NCBI GenBank assembly: GCA_048013815.1
Contig: CM106586.1
Span: 2,480,001 to 2,544,000, forward strand
Direction of reading: 5' to 3'
DNA from: Setoptus koraiensis
Taxonomy: Eukaryota > Animalia > Arthropoda
Length of the DNA: 64,000 nt
The translations under genes were made by a program, and so were the position numbers. Positions 13,303 to 25,301 of this stretch are shown here, piece after piece. Under the pieces are notes generated by a model. That model saw nothing but the letters and a program-made list of their open reading frames with translations, ran no database searches and was not told the origin of the DNA. Position 1 is the first letter of the stretch. The number at the start of each line of letters is the position of its first letter.

Positions 13303-14925
13303 TTACTGTGATGGTAAAGGTTTAACTTTGGCTACTTCTAAGAAAACTTTGTGCTCGTATTTTGTTCGAACAGTTTTCAGGCGTGGATTCATAGGTGCGG
13401 ATATCATGTCGTTGAGCTTGAACAAGAGTGGCATCAAGTCGTCGCACGAGTAACCAGTGTAGAATTCTAGAGTCTCATTCCAACCTCCCAGGTTCAACAT
13501 TTCAATTGATAAAAATAGTGCAGCTGCAGCGATCTTTGATTCACGTTCCTCGACAAGTTCATATTCCATAAGTGACATCTCTAAAATGTAACGGGCCAAA
13601 GTCAGCGTGTAAAAGTCACAATCACCACAGCGTGCAAAACGGCGCAAAAACCTATATGACAAGGGAAATCCTATGAAGAAGTTGAGTTCTTTGAGCACAT
13701 CCATTTCAAAGTGAATAACTTGTCTCTTTGTAAAAGCTGAATCACAAGAGTAGACAAAATCATCGATTGCAGGTGGTATCCTCTCCTATTATTGTGTAAG
13801 ATATGAACAAAAAATGAAAATTTTTGCTGTAAAGTTAGAGAGATATGTTTTTCAATATGAAATGATAAAATAAATGGCAAATGAAGAAAGACTCACATCA
13901 AATTTGGCAGCTATTAGCAGGCAAGTGATACCAAGTAGTTGGAATTGACTCTTTCTAATTAACTTCTTCATTAGGTATTGGTCCATTATTTTAACGGCAA
14001 GATAGAGCGTTTCGTGATTGAGCTCAAACGATTCTTGCACTTCCACCATCCAATCAACAAGAACTGCGCGCATTTCGGCAGTTATTTCACAAGATTTGGA
14101 CGAAGTGAGATACTTGACATTCAAGCAAGTTTCCTCTTTGCACTTGTAATATTCGAATATATCCCAAGCGTAATGGGGCTCACTACAAACTTCTTTGAGT
14201 TGCGCTCTATCGTGATCGGGTATATGAGGGTTATCCAAGAGTTTTCTAGGAGGCTGATAATATGTGTCAGGGTTTCTAAAATCAATTGTTTCATGAGTAA
14301 CATGTTGGTGTTGTTGCTGTTGCTCGGGTCCATCTAAAGCAATTTCATTTTCTTCACAAATAGTGTTAGCTTGGGATGATGACGAAGATGGAGGAGAGAA
14401 TGGAGATTCCAGCTCTGTCGTAGTAGAACAATCATCCTCTTCATCGATGGTTATTACTATTGGCTCAGCCTGCTGTTTGGTTGTTTTGGTAGTTGATTTA
14501 AGTTGCGATGATGCATTGAGTTTATTATTTTGGGCCAATTTATGCTTATTTTTTTCGGCTGTTGTAAATGGATTAATAGAGTTATTGACCGCCACTGGCG
14601 CCTGCTTAAGCGGGACTTGTTCTTGTTTCTGCTTGACGACATTGGGATCGCAACTCCTCAATGGTTTAAGGTTGCCATTATTTTTCTTCGAGATCGTTAT
14701 AAATCTGACTTTTCTCTCGATAGAATCTGTAATCTCTGGCAATTTAGACACATTTGTTAGTTTATTGTTCTTCAATTGTTGTAAGCCGCTACCACTATTA
14801 CCATTGGCCGTGTTGTGTCCAGTGAGACCGAGAGCCAATTTTGAGTTTTCCGTTGTTTGGATGTTGCGTTTTTTGTTGTGTTGCGTGTAAGACATCTCTG
14901 AGGGTCGTTTTTTGGTACGCTCCAT
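13303..14925 (-). CDS. CCNB3: G2/mitotic-specific cyclin B3, 2 coding exons: 14925-13897 and 13785-13303; 503 aa
   Basis: The cyclin box ITAEMRAVLVDWMVEVQESFELNHETLYLAVKIMDQYL is B3-type (ELNHETLYLAVK). A 111-nt phase-0 intron (GTGAGT...AATAG, 13896-13786) joins AAKFD to ERIPPAIDDFVYSCD. The C-terminal cyclin fold reads LRRFARC...TLTLARYILEMSLMEY...LKTVRTKYEHKVFLEVAK. Confidence 0.95.
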
Positions 14926-15314
14926 TATATGCTAAAAAGTGCTAAAAAGAGGACAAACTTTCTCTCTCGTTAGAGTGATACAAATTTGTAAATATAATAA
15001 TAAATAGATAGGTATACAAACAGATATAAGGATGTAATATGATAATATGGGGTATAATAATTTGTGATATCTATCTATCTAGTCGAGGCGCACTCATAAA
15101 CGTCTGCTGTAAAATGGGTGTCTCATCATGGTGTGCAGTCGCCAATATAGCCAGACACATACTATATAAATAGAATATAAATTGCAAATATATGTATAGC
15201 GTATATTAGTGATATAGCGACTGAGATGATAGACGACGATGATAGGCGATAATAGACATAGCCACATGTAGAGAGACTTTTCATTAAAAGAGCGCAGACA
15301 CACAACCACACGGC

Positions 15315-15633
15315 CAACAATTTCACAACGTTCGTTTGCTCTCTTCCCCCTCCTCCTGTCCGTGCTCTCCTTTAATGTGCGCTGGTCGCTGTTGTGCGAC
15401 TGGTCGCGCACCCAACAGGCTGTGGACCGCATCTGTTGCCCCACGCACTGTGCAACTGTTGTTGTGCGCTGCCGTTGCTGTTGCAGCCGCTACCACACCA
15501 GCAGTCAACAGCAACACTAGACAACACTGCACACACCAGACACTGTTGGCCTAACGCCTATTTACGCACACTGTGCTAAAAAGGCACAATCGTTGCGCGG
15601 GGGAAAGCACAAACGAACGTTGTGAAATTGTTG
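15315..15633. repeat. Perfect 24-bp inverted repeat enclosing a 271-bp spacer
   Basis: CAACAATTTCACAACGTTCGTTTG at 15315-15338 and its exact reverse complement CAAACGAACGTTGTGAAATTGTTG at 15610-15633. Confidence 0.9.
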
Positions 15634-18600
15634 CTTGTGTGTGTCTCTCTCTCTCTCTCTCTGCTTGCATGTTCTGCTTGCATGTGTGTGTCCGTATGCT
15701 CTGCTGGCCTGCATTGTGTTATATATAGGTGTGTTTGACCAAACGTCCTTTCGGTACTGCCACCGACTACAAATGCCCTATGTCGTCGGGCAAGCTCGCT
15801 CCAAATGTTCGGCCCGTGTCTCTGCCCCCTCGCCGCCACCTCCGCCGCCGTCACCGCCGCCGCCGTCACCAACGCCTTTTTTATCGTTGTTGCCAATCGT
15901 TGTCATTCACAATATAACACACAGCTGATGTTGTTGTTCTCCGGTTGCACCAATGCTGGCTGCCATCCGTTTTAGTAACGGAAGAAGTTCAACGTGGTTA
16001 CCGCATAACTTGTGCGCCACGACCGCGAGGGGCCTTGTCCGTGGGCATTTAACTCAGCGCCATTAGGGCCTCCCAAATGTGCGTGCCTCCTATCACTGCG
16101 ACCCGCTCTCGCTGACCGACGACTCCGTTCAGTCAACCGAGCCCATCAGCGCGAGAGACACAAACAGACAAACAGACAGACACAGAGGGGCAGAGATTCA
16201 CTTTGAGCGAGCTGGGTTCAACTCACTCACGGGCACAACAATTGTCAGACAAAGAGCGATAAATAGCGAGAATGCCGACACACACACACACACGGACTGG
16301 CAAAAGAATGAAGTTTCAGATTGAAACGCCTCACCTTTATTGCACTCGATACACTTCAAATGTGAAACAAGAATGTTCCTTCTCACAAAACAGCTGACTG
16401 TGCTCTTTGCGCGCTCGATTTTTGTTTTTGTTTTGCATTGTTGTTGTTGGTTGCCAGCAGCAGTGTGTGTGTTTGTGTGTGCGCTTGCTAGCTGGTGTGT
16501 GCAGCAGCAAATGCGCGCCTTTGCAGCCTTTATTAGAGACCTCACTGTTCAGCACAAACAAAGGCTTCAACGATAATATTTGTATATCAAAACGCTCACA
16601 CAATACAAGTGTCTCTGTGTAGCATTTATTTTATCGCATCCATCTTGATTTGTATATCCCTATACCCCGTTATGCACCCCTCTGCACACACCAGTTATAC
16701 CATTGGTACCAGGGGTACCCGCAGGCGTCTAGGTGCAATCATTGGTTATCACCTCACGCCAATCAGCTGATGCGTGCAATATCATCTTATCAATGATACT
16801 GTAACTGGATATTCTAGTAACTATGTGACAATTCACCTGTTTATATGCCCGGCTACATCGATTGGGGACCCATGATGCAAACCATGAGATTGCAATGACT
16901 GCCGGACGTCCGCAAAACCACCTGTGGCTGGAGGATCGCCCAAGCCAGGCTTTATTTTGTGCTCAAGATGGAGTAGCCAGTCAGATGGATATTGGTCAAA
17001 TGTTTGACCGGCCTTCATCGTGCTGCAAACTGCATCTCCTATTTTGTCACCAATAATCCTTATTTCACAATTGGTTTGCTTTGTGAGATCATTGTCGATA
17101 TTGGCTCCGAGAACAATCACGATCAATGGACTTCATTTGCTGAAAACCATTGAATTTAAAACAAGGCCATCTATGCAACGACCATGCAACCAAAAATGGC
17201 GACCAACTTCTATCAGCAGGGAGCTTCTTCTGACAATTCACTGATTGAGACACAGCAAAGGAGTTCGCTCGATTCGCGATTACGTAATAGCAATTTCGTT
17301 TGTTGTTGACAGAAAAAAACTGTTCAATAATTAATCGTTTCTAATTTACTATCGATCCTGGTTTTTGATTACGTATGCCGGCTTTGTTTACATGTCTCGT
17401 TACTTTTTGTATGAGCTGATGTAAGCATATTGATGACGCTCATTACACACTACGCAAGAATATCTTTCAAGTTTGCTAACGAGTATTATGGTGATGTCAA
17501 TCCAAAAGTTGTTTTCAAAAGCCTAAAGCGAAAAGAAGTTCTGAGAAAAAAAAATCAATCTTATAATATTATTAAAAAACTTGTAGATTCCGGGTGTTTC
17601 AATTTTGTTTTCTGCGAAAGTTTCAAATGACTATTTTAGCTGTACTAGTAAACAATTCTCTGAGATGTTGATTACGGAGGAATATCACTGAATGGTTTAC
17701 GCGTTAACAACAATGAAGATTGTAAACAAGTCGCTTGTTTGTTTTGCCAATAAACATGATACTTTCAAGAATATTCTATGATAGATGTTCTAATGTATGA
17801 AAGTTCGAAAAAGAGTTTCATTATAATCATCCGACTCACTGCCTAATTAATGAATGTCAAGAAATCAAATCAGCTTTTGTCCACTCTGAACACCACACTA
17901 GAGGGCGTTAGATGATTCTCTTAACATTAAATGTTAGATTAGAGGCAATACATGCAATATCATGTCAACTGTGGCGATAAGAATCTAACATAAAAATTCA
18001 AACTTTCCTCAGCCGCGTATGTTGATTTGGAGACGTTCAAAGTCTAGCTAAGCGTACACTTGTTGAACTAAACAAACTAATGCCAACAAACCAGTATGAC
18101 GGCCAATTGCATTGATGAAATGATCCAGTGGCATACGAATTTCTCACTTTTGGGTGAGATATCTCAGAAATAAGAAATGTATATTGAATTGATGATATTA
18201 TCTTAAGGAAATTGTCGCACAATATATATTACACTAACGATTAATATAGAGAGATGATACCGGAAAAATACAGCGTCTAAATGAAAGATAGCTTCACAAA
18301 GCCTCGTCTGAATGCAATATTATATCATCGTCAATAATCGAGCACAAGTGCACACCCACCTGAACTCGGGCAGAATGAACGCAATTGAACATTCTACGCC
18401 AACCAAAAATATCCTTGAATACATGATATGATAGCTGATGCTCTAACTTACAACTTTTGGACGCTTAGTGCACTTGTTGCAACATAAAGCATAATAGTTA
18501 CCTAAGCAATATTAAACATTGTGATCATGCGCAATGTTCCAAACTCTACTACTGGTTTGGTTAATTTACAAGAGTTTGTTAGAAGAGTTCATCGAAGAGA

Positions 18601-20298
18601 CAGTCTTAGCAATCGAACATCAACATCAGGCGAAAATCGTGATCGCTCTGCGTTAATTAAGAATATTCTCTGTGACCAGACGCTTTCTGAGATTATTCGC
18701 AATAGGCGAACCATATATCGACAAATTAGCCACTAGACAACAAGCTCATCAAGACTCTTCAACCACTTGAGGTCCCAATGATTATGTAAACATTGGTTGA
18801 TATCAAAAGTGCAGAGACAACCGTTAAAGTAACATCATTACGTGTGTGCGTTTGTGCCAAATAAGCACCAAGATGTCGGCTCTTATTACTTTCATCAAGT
18901 TAATTAGTTATCTAGAGTGCATCGATTAGATCGATCAATTGTGATATGAATGTGTCTCGAGTGTTTGTTCATATGTGCCTCACTTAATTAGCTCAATAGC
19001 GCAAGCGGGTTCACCAAGTATTGCAATTGTTTTGTTATCTAACAGTCAATTGAAACAAAAAAAGTAAAGAAAAACAATCAAATAATCAATAATAATAACC
19101 GAACCATTTATGTGAAATATTTGCTAGCTATTTCTTCTGAGGGAGCTCGCATGCACTGGCTTCGATATTTATTGATTGCGACTAGTCGAATTCATCGAAT
19201 TTCAAGTTAAAGAAGGCTCACAGCAGGAAACAACTTTCAAAGCGGAAATCGCTTGTGACCGGATGCACCAGTGGACTGATGCTTGCAAACACGACAGTAA
19301 GCACTAGTGTTTGTCGTCTTGCAAACTTATAAATCGTCCTGCGAACGATGGATACCCACAATGTGAGTACAACTATAAGACAAGTTTTTTGTTTGTATGT
19401 TTGTTGACCCTGAATTACTGAATTCCTACAATAAACATCAAGCGAACACGACTAGCCAAGATCAGTTGCAGAAACCATCTAACCAACCATTGGGACAGAA
19501 TTAAAGCGCATAATATGAACGTCGCGATCGATCAGAAGAGCAAGCCGGAGAGCTGGAAAGGTAGAGAGCAACAACAATTAGGCTTATATCATTAACGTTA
19601 ACGTATCGCGCTTGAATCGAGTTAGTTTGTGAATAGTAATGAATGTGCGGTGATATGATATTCATTCGTTGTGTTAGTTGTTATAATCATGACCCTTGTC
19701 TAAAGCAACGACACAACCACCGCTAATGTAGTGGGCGACTATTTATAGCAAAGGGCAACTTATCTGGATCGCGAGAGTGGCAACTTTCAGCAACTTGTTG
19801 GCTTCTCTAGTTGTTAGAAAACGGCTAGTATCAATAAGCAAAAGAATTTCTCTGTGAAACTTGTAGAACTTCTCTTAGATTCATCTAGAAATAGGGAAGC
19901 TTCTAATTTTGAACAGTCATTACAACCTGTCTGTGTGTATGTTACACGTGTTAAATGGATCAATATGTCATGCCGAAAAAGAGGAAGTGCACTAGTTTGA
20001 CTACAGAGATTACGGTAGTGATAAGCTCCCACTTTAGCAGTAGTAAAAAAGCTACAGTTAGAGTAAGACAATATTTGTCGTATATCACCCAAGTTTAGTT
20101 GAGTCAGTTGATTGAACAGCAAGTGTATATCCCAGTATCTTGTTAGCTTGCTGATGTGTCACTCACTTACTCGCAGGTAGACGGTAGCTACGGATTCCTT
20201 GATACATGCAACAACTTGTCTCTTTATATTATTTCATTTTATTTTGTTTCATTCCATTACAATTTATTCTGTCTCGTTTCTCTCTCTCTCTCTCTTGT

Positions 20299-20301
<3 letters not shown>

Positions 20302-20341
<40 letters not shown>
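20302..20341. repeat. (TG)20 microsatellite, preceded by a (TC)n tract
   Basis: Direct reading. Confidence 0.95.
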
Positions 20342-20343
<2 letters not shown>

Positions 20344-20758
20344 GTATTACCGTTACCAGCAACACAAGTTAGCTCAGCAGCAACAGATCAACTGTTTTAG
20401 AGCAAATGAGAAGAAAGTCATTAGAAGCAGGTTGGCAGACAAACGACGTCAGTTAACCACCACGAGTGAAAACAGTTCCGACGATCAACGACTAAGTAGC
20501 CTGGCCGGTTTACCGTTAGGTGATGGTGGCACGACTACGATTCAAGCAGGCAACTGCACCTGTTGTTGTTGGAGACGACAATGCATTGGTGGCAATCAGC
20601 AACCACGACTGTTACCATCAGTGCGAGAGTCAACAAATGACTCTAGATCTGTTGAACATACAAAAGCAACAGAGGCAGCTAATTATAATCTTGGCCCATG
20701 CAAGAACAAGCTGCTTCCGATTAAAGTGATCACCGCTAGACCTAAGGAAGAAATTCAA

Positions 20759-23700
20759 ATGAAGGAGGATAAAGGGGTGGAAGCAACAAACAACAGTAAG
20801 ATACGACGACATCATTCGAGTGAAAATAGTAACATTCATGCTGATTTACTGCTGATCAATCAATCGCCAAAAACCAACGCAACGAAGAACTGCATTAGCT
20901 CGCTGGAAAACAGACTACAAGACCAATCAAGCGAAACAATAATAGACAGACTGTTTGGTGTTGGACAAACAAAAAGACGTCCAAAATTATCATTAACAAC
21001 AAAACAAAAGCAAGCGGATAATTTAAGAACATCTCATTTCGCAACAACAGCCATATTGTTACTATTGATTGTGATTTGCGATTATCAGCATCATTTTGCA
21101 ATAAAACAACATCCGTTTAATCAGCCAGTGTCTTCTTCGTTCTTATTGAGAGTTGAGGCTGCCTCAGCATTGGTGTTGGAATTGTCGCCAGATTTACCCA
21201 GAGTCAATTTAGTCGATAGTAACTTGAATATACAACAATTCAACAGGAGCATAAAAGAGATATTGGCAACACTCAAATCAGATCAATATCGACAGCCAAC
21301 AAATAACATTGCAAGCAAATCGCCCGAACAGCATCAGACCGAATCGTCAACGACCCCCGTTCCAACAACCGCCGTCTCAACAACCGCCGTTTCAACAACA
21401 TTTTCAAGTCAGCAGGACAATAATAATAACTTGGGTAGTTCAACAAACAACAGTGCGTCAGATAACGGAAATCAACAATCAACAGAGCAAGAGGAAACAA
21501 CAAGTGAATATGTCTCAGGCTCTATCAATGATGATAATGATGCTTCGTGTGGCTCGAGTTTATCAAATGATGAGCCAGCAGAAACAAAAAACATTACTGA
21601 CAATGAAAAATTGGTTAAGTTGCAATCATGCCTCCAAAAACAAGTGAGTAACAAACAAAAATCGCCTTGTTAACCCCGCAAGCATAACTTACATCAAATA
21701 AAAGAGTAACAACATTCGTGAATTTCATCCCATCAATCTCTATTCGGGCAGATGCGACAAAACGTGAAGGGTCTCATATCGGCCACCTATGATATGAGCA
21801 TGGAGATGCCAATAAGTGGCAAGTGTTTGGCAAGCACAATGAAGATCCTAAATGGCTTGCAAGAATTGAAATCGTGGGCTTTCAAATGTAAGTTCAACAA
21901 GAATGTGTTTGTCACTGTCAGAGGGTGAGTTTATTCGTACTGCTAGCCATGACCCAAAGAGCACATTGATTCGCAAACGGAGAATAATTAGTTATCCATA
22001 GATATATATATACACAAAGAAACCTGTTGCACTAAGCTTAGTTTTGGGACAGAAAGAGTTACACATGAGATAACATCAATCTTTTGCTGATTATAAATAA
22101 ATACTGAATTTACCCTATCAGCACAAGAAATGATGATATATACTTTTAAGCTCACAACATTGCAGCAAACAGGGGTGCATTTCTTAATTCTATACAGAAG
22201 CTTGCTGTTCTGCAGACTTGTTCTTGTAACGTTGAACAGATTGACATAAATAGAGCTTGATAGAATTGCTATTATTAATCGATCTGCCATGTGGCCTAAC
22301 TTCCAAACGTTAGTTAGTTGAATTTTTCTAGTCTTGGAATTTAGAGAGAAACAGTTGTGATGATTGTGGACTGTTTGCAAATGTACCATAAATGGGACTA
22401 CCGGTTGCTAGGCTGCCATGTGCTGCTGGCATCGAGTTTGGCCTCTCGGTTAAATAGATCTCATTGGAATCAATTTGAAGGCCGAGCATAACATTACCAA
22501 GCCAGTTCGTTGAGTTCGTTACTCGATTCATGATGAAAGCAGAACTGGAAGAACAGCCAGCCTCAGGCGATCTTTAGGCAAACTCTTCGAGCCTGCCAGT
22601 TAAAGCCAATAACTTTTAAGAGTCAGATTAGTTCAGTGTCTAGCCAACCATTCTCTAATGGTAGAGATAGAGTATGACTAACCCCCTAAACTGAATAATG
22701 ATCAGTAATTTGATTAATTTCTCAATCTAAACTTATCTACCACGTTCTCAATTGTAGTTGTGGACGCTTCAGCCAAACTACCAAATGGATTCATGTCCGG
22801 CATGCTGAGTGATTTAGGCGACTATGATCAATGCCTATCAATACGAACCGACAAGAGTGTTGCACCTGATGAGGAGGAGGACAGCTCGGGTTTTTCGGGT
22901 AAATACTGTCTGATTAGTGTCAAATTAGATTATAGAATTGACTTGAAAGAGAATCAGACAGTGCCTGATGGAATTGACGAAGATGGAATATTGTGGGAGC
23001 CATTATTGAGAAAATACTGGACAAGCAAGTCAAACAAGGGATATCAGGTGGGCATTTGTTTGCCCAGCAAGTGCAGTCAGGACGATATTGATATCATATA
23101 CAATCACAGTGAGTATCCCAATAACCAACTATAACAAAATTCATAAGACAAGTCTGAACAAGAGTCTAATTGATTCAAATTGAACCCTCAATTGATTTGC
23201 ATCAATATAGCAACACATAGAACTGATATTGTCGGCGGAATTCTGAACTGTCAAGACAGTTTCGATGTGAAGCGAAATCAAACAGCGGACTGTTTGCAAA
23301 AGCTCATTATGTAAGTAGTCAAATCGGGATACCAAAAAGATTATTGAAAAGTCATCTCCAATCAACTTGATTGATTCAACAAACTAACTGATGGCTAATA
23401 TATCTTACGAAACAGGCGCCTGTTTACAGCCTTGCTTGTGATTGTCGCGTTGGGCACCATGATTAACATAATATACCCACGCATGGAAACAGAGCTATTT
23501 TATCCTTCGTCGGATGAAGATTGGTCTCTAGTGATAAGTTTGGCAAGATTCTTCGTAGCATTTTCCATAATCAGAAACTGGAAAATATTCATTGGTACCA
23601 CAGATCGTAACACCAAACAAGATCACAATAGGCAGAGAAATTTTGTGACATTGTCATCGCGTAATAGCAACAAAAATAATGACAATGAGATTCTTGGTCA

Positions 23701-25273
23701 TTTAGCAGGTATAAAGTTACTAGTTATCGGCTGGATTATGATTGGTCATTCGTTTTTGTATCCCAGCGCAAATAATTATCAGTACTATAGAGCTATAGCT
23801 CACATGGCCTCGATACGTGACAGTATTTGGTTTGCCACTACGAATTTCACATTAGGTATTGACACCCTATTGTATATGGCTGGTTTCCTATTTGTTTATA
23901 AGACCATGTCGATGAGCAACAATACTGCGACTAGCAATATCAATCAATCGACCACTCTTGTGATTGGGATAAAGAATATCGTGAAAATTATTTGGCATAA
24001 AATATTGAGATTTTGGCCAACCTATTTGACAGTTGTCGGCTTGGCCATATTGTCGCCATTGTTTGGTGAAGGACCCCTCTGGCCCGAGGTAGTGAACAAA
24101 CGATTGGGCCAGGCCTGTAGAAACAATTGGTGGTCGAATTTGCTATTCATAAACAATTATCAGGATGAACAAGAGATTTGTTTGCCATCGTCTTGGTTCA
24201 TTTCTATCCTGATGCAAGCATTTCTTGTCGGATCATTGGTGATATTAGTGGCGCAGACCTACTCCATGACAAAGGCAGTCATAAGTTTAATAATTCTGGT
24301 AATTGGCACAATATTGGCATCATTTTTTCATGCCTACCTCATAGATATTAATGCACCTGTTGTTAGAATGGACGAATCATTTGTTATGAATATTGATAGT
24401 GATATTTTTACACTATACACTAGACTTTATAATAATCTGGGTCCATTTCTAATAGGCATGGCGGGAGGTTTTATTTTGATATCTGAACAAAAACGGCAGA
24501 GCCTACAAAGGCAGAATAATCGAGCCAATGAGGACAAGGAAAAAGATCAGTATTCGACAACAACTGCTAGTGATGATGAAACAATTAGTCTAGTTAGAGA
24601 AAAGTATTGGTTTAAATTATTATTGACATTATTAATGACATTGATTGCTACTTTGGCATTGTCGTCGGTATTCATAACTAATTATTCACGACTCCAATCG
24701 GCTATCTATTGGTCACTAAACAGAAACGGTTGGGCCTTGGCCACTGGATATCTTATACATCGTTGCGCAACAAATGAATGGTCACTGATAAGACAGTTAT
24801 TGTCGCTGTCGACGTTCAAACCAATCAGTAAGCTTATTTTTGTCGCATATCTCATATATCCCATTTACATACATATACATACTGGATTGGCGAGAGATGG
24901 TCTTCACATAAGCCCTTACAACATGATCAACATTTACATTACACGACTGGTGTTCACTTTTGGCACTGCTTTAATAATTCATCTGTTCATCGAGCTACCA
25001 TTTTGTACATTGGAGGAGAATTTCCTAAATTCGTGCTGCCATGACAACAGAAAAGTCTCTAGAAGTGATGCGAACAACAACAAACATGAGGCGCCATCTA
25101 AATTACATCCACTGTTGATGGAACACCCTCTATTTGGTGTGAACAACAACGAAAAAGAGGCTAACAGTGCTAGTCAGTCAACAACAAGTTCATCTTGCTC
25201 AGAATCCAGTGTAGACTATGCTAGCAATGACACAGATGATACTGGTCAAATAAGAGTTCAAGTTGCATCATGA
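20759..25273 (+). CDS. Nose-resistant-to-fluoxetine-6 / O-acyltransferase-like protein (NRF domain + acyltransferase-3). Exons 20759(?)-21643, 21752-21887, 22758-23108, 23211-23310, 23416-25273; ~1109 aa from the first in-frame ATG
   Basis: NRF domain WAFKFVDASAKLPNGFMSGMLSDLGDYDQCLSI...GKYCL...GICLPSKCS, then a multi-TM AT3 region (GIKLLVIGWIMIGH, ACRNNWWSNLLFINNY, CLPSSWFISILMQ, LSTFKPISKLIFVAYLIYP, LFIELPF). All four introns have GT..AG ends and compatible phases (0,1,1,2). The 5' end is uncertain: the frame is open from 20156 and a possible acceptor ends at 20359. Confidence 0.9.
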
Positions 25274-25295
25274 TAAAAAACATTAGGATAACACA

Positions 25296-25301
25296 AATAA
25301 A
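25296..25301 (+). terminator. Polyadenylation signal AATAAA for the NRF-6-like gene
   Basis: 22 nt after the TGA at 25271-73. Confidence 0.45.

Noticed and set aside
13978-14890. Plus-strand 119-aa and 175-aa ORFs
   Set aside because: Antisense shadows of the cyclin B3 CDS with no independent motif.
15339-15362. Minus-strand CAGG..GGAA..AGCA resembling SRP RNA helix 8 inside the fold-back element
   Set aside because: The segment is nearly all purine and cannot form the helix; no Alu-domain sequence.
17050-17107. TGAGATCATTGT matches the first 12 nt of bantam miRNA
   Set aside because: The 3' half diverges, and the surrounding sequence gives only a short-looped, heavily bulged stem unlike a pre-miRNA.
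16833-17126. 97-aa minus ORF with faint SGNH-like (VIVLGAN) or gag-like (FDQYPSDWL) words
   Set aside because: No ATG start, no supporting motifs, flanked by stops; resemblance too weak to call.
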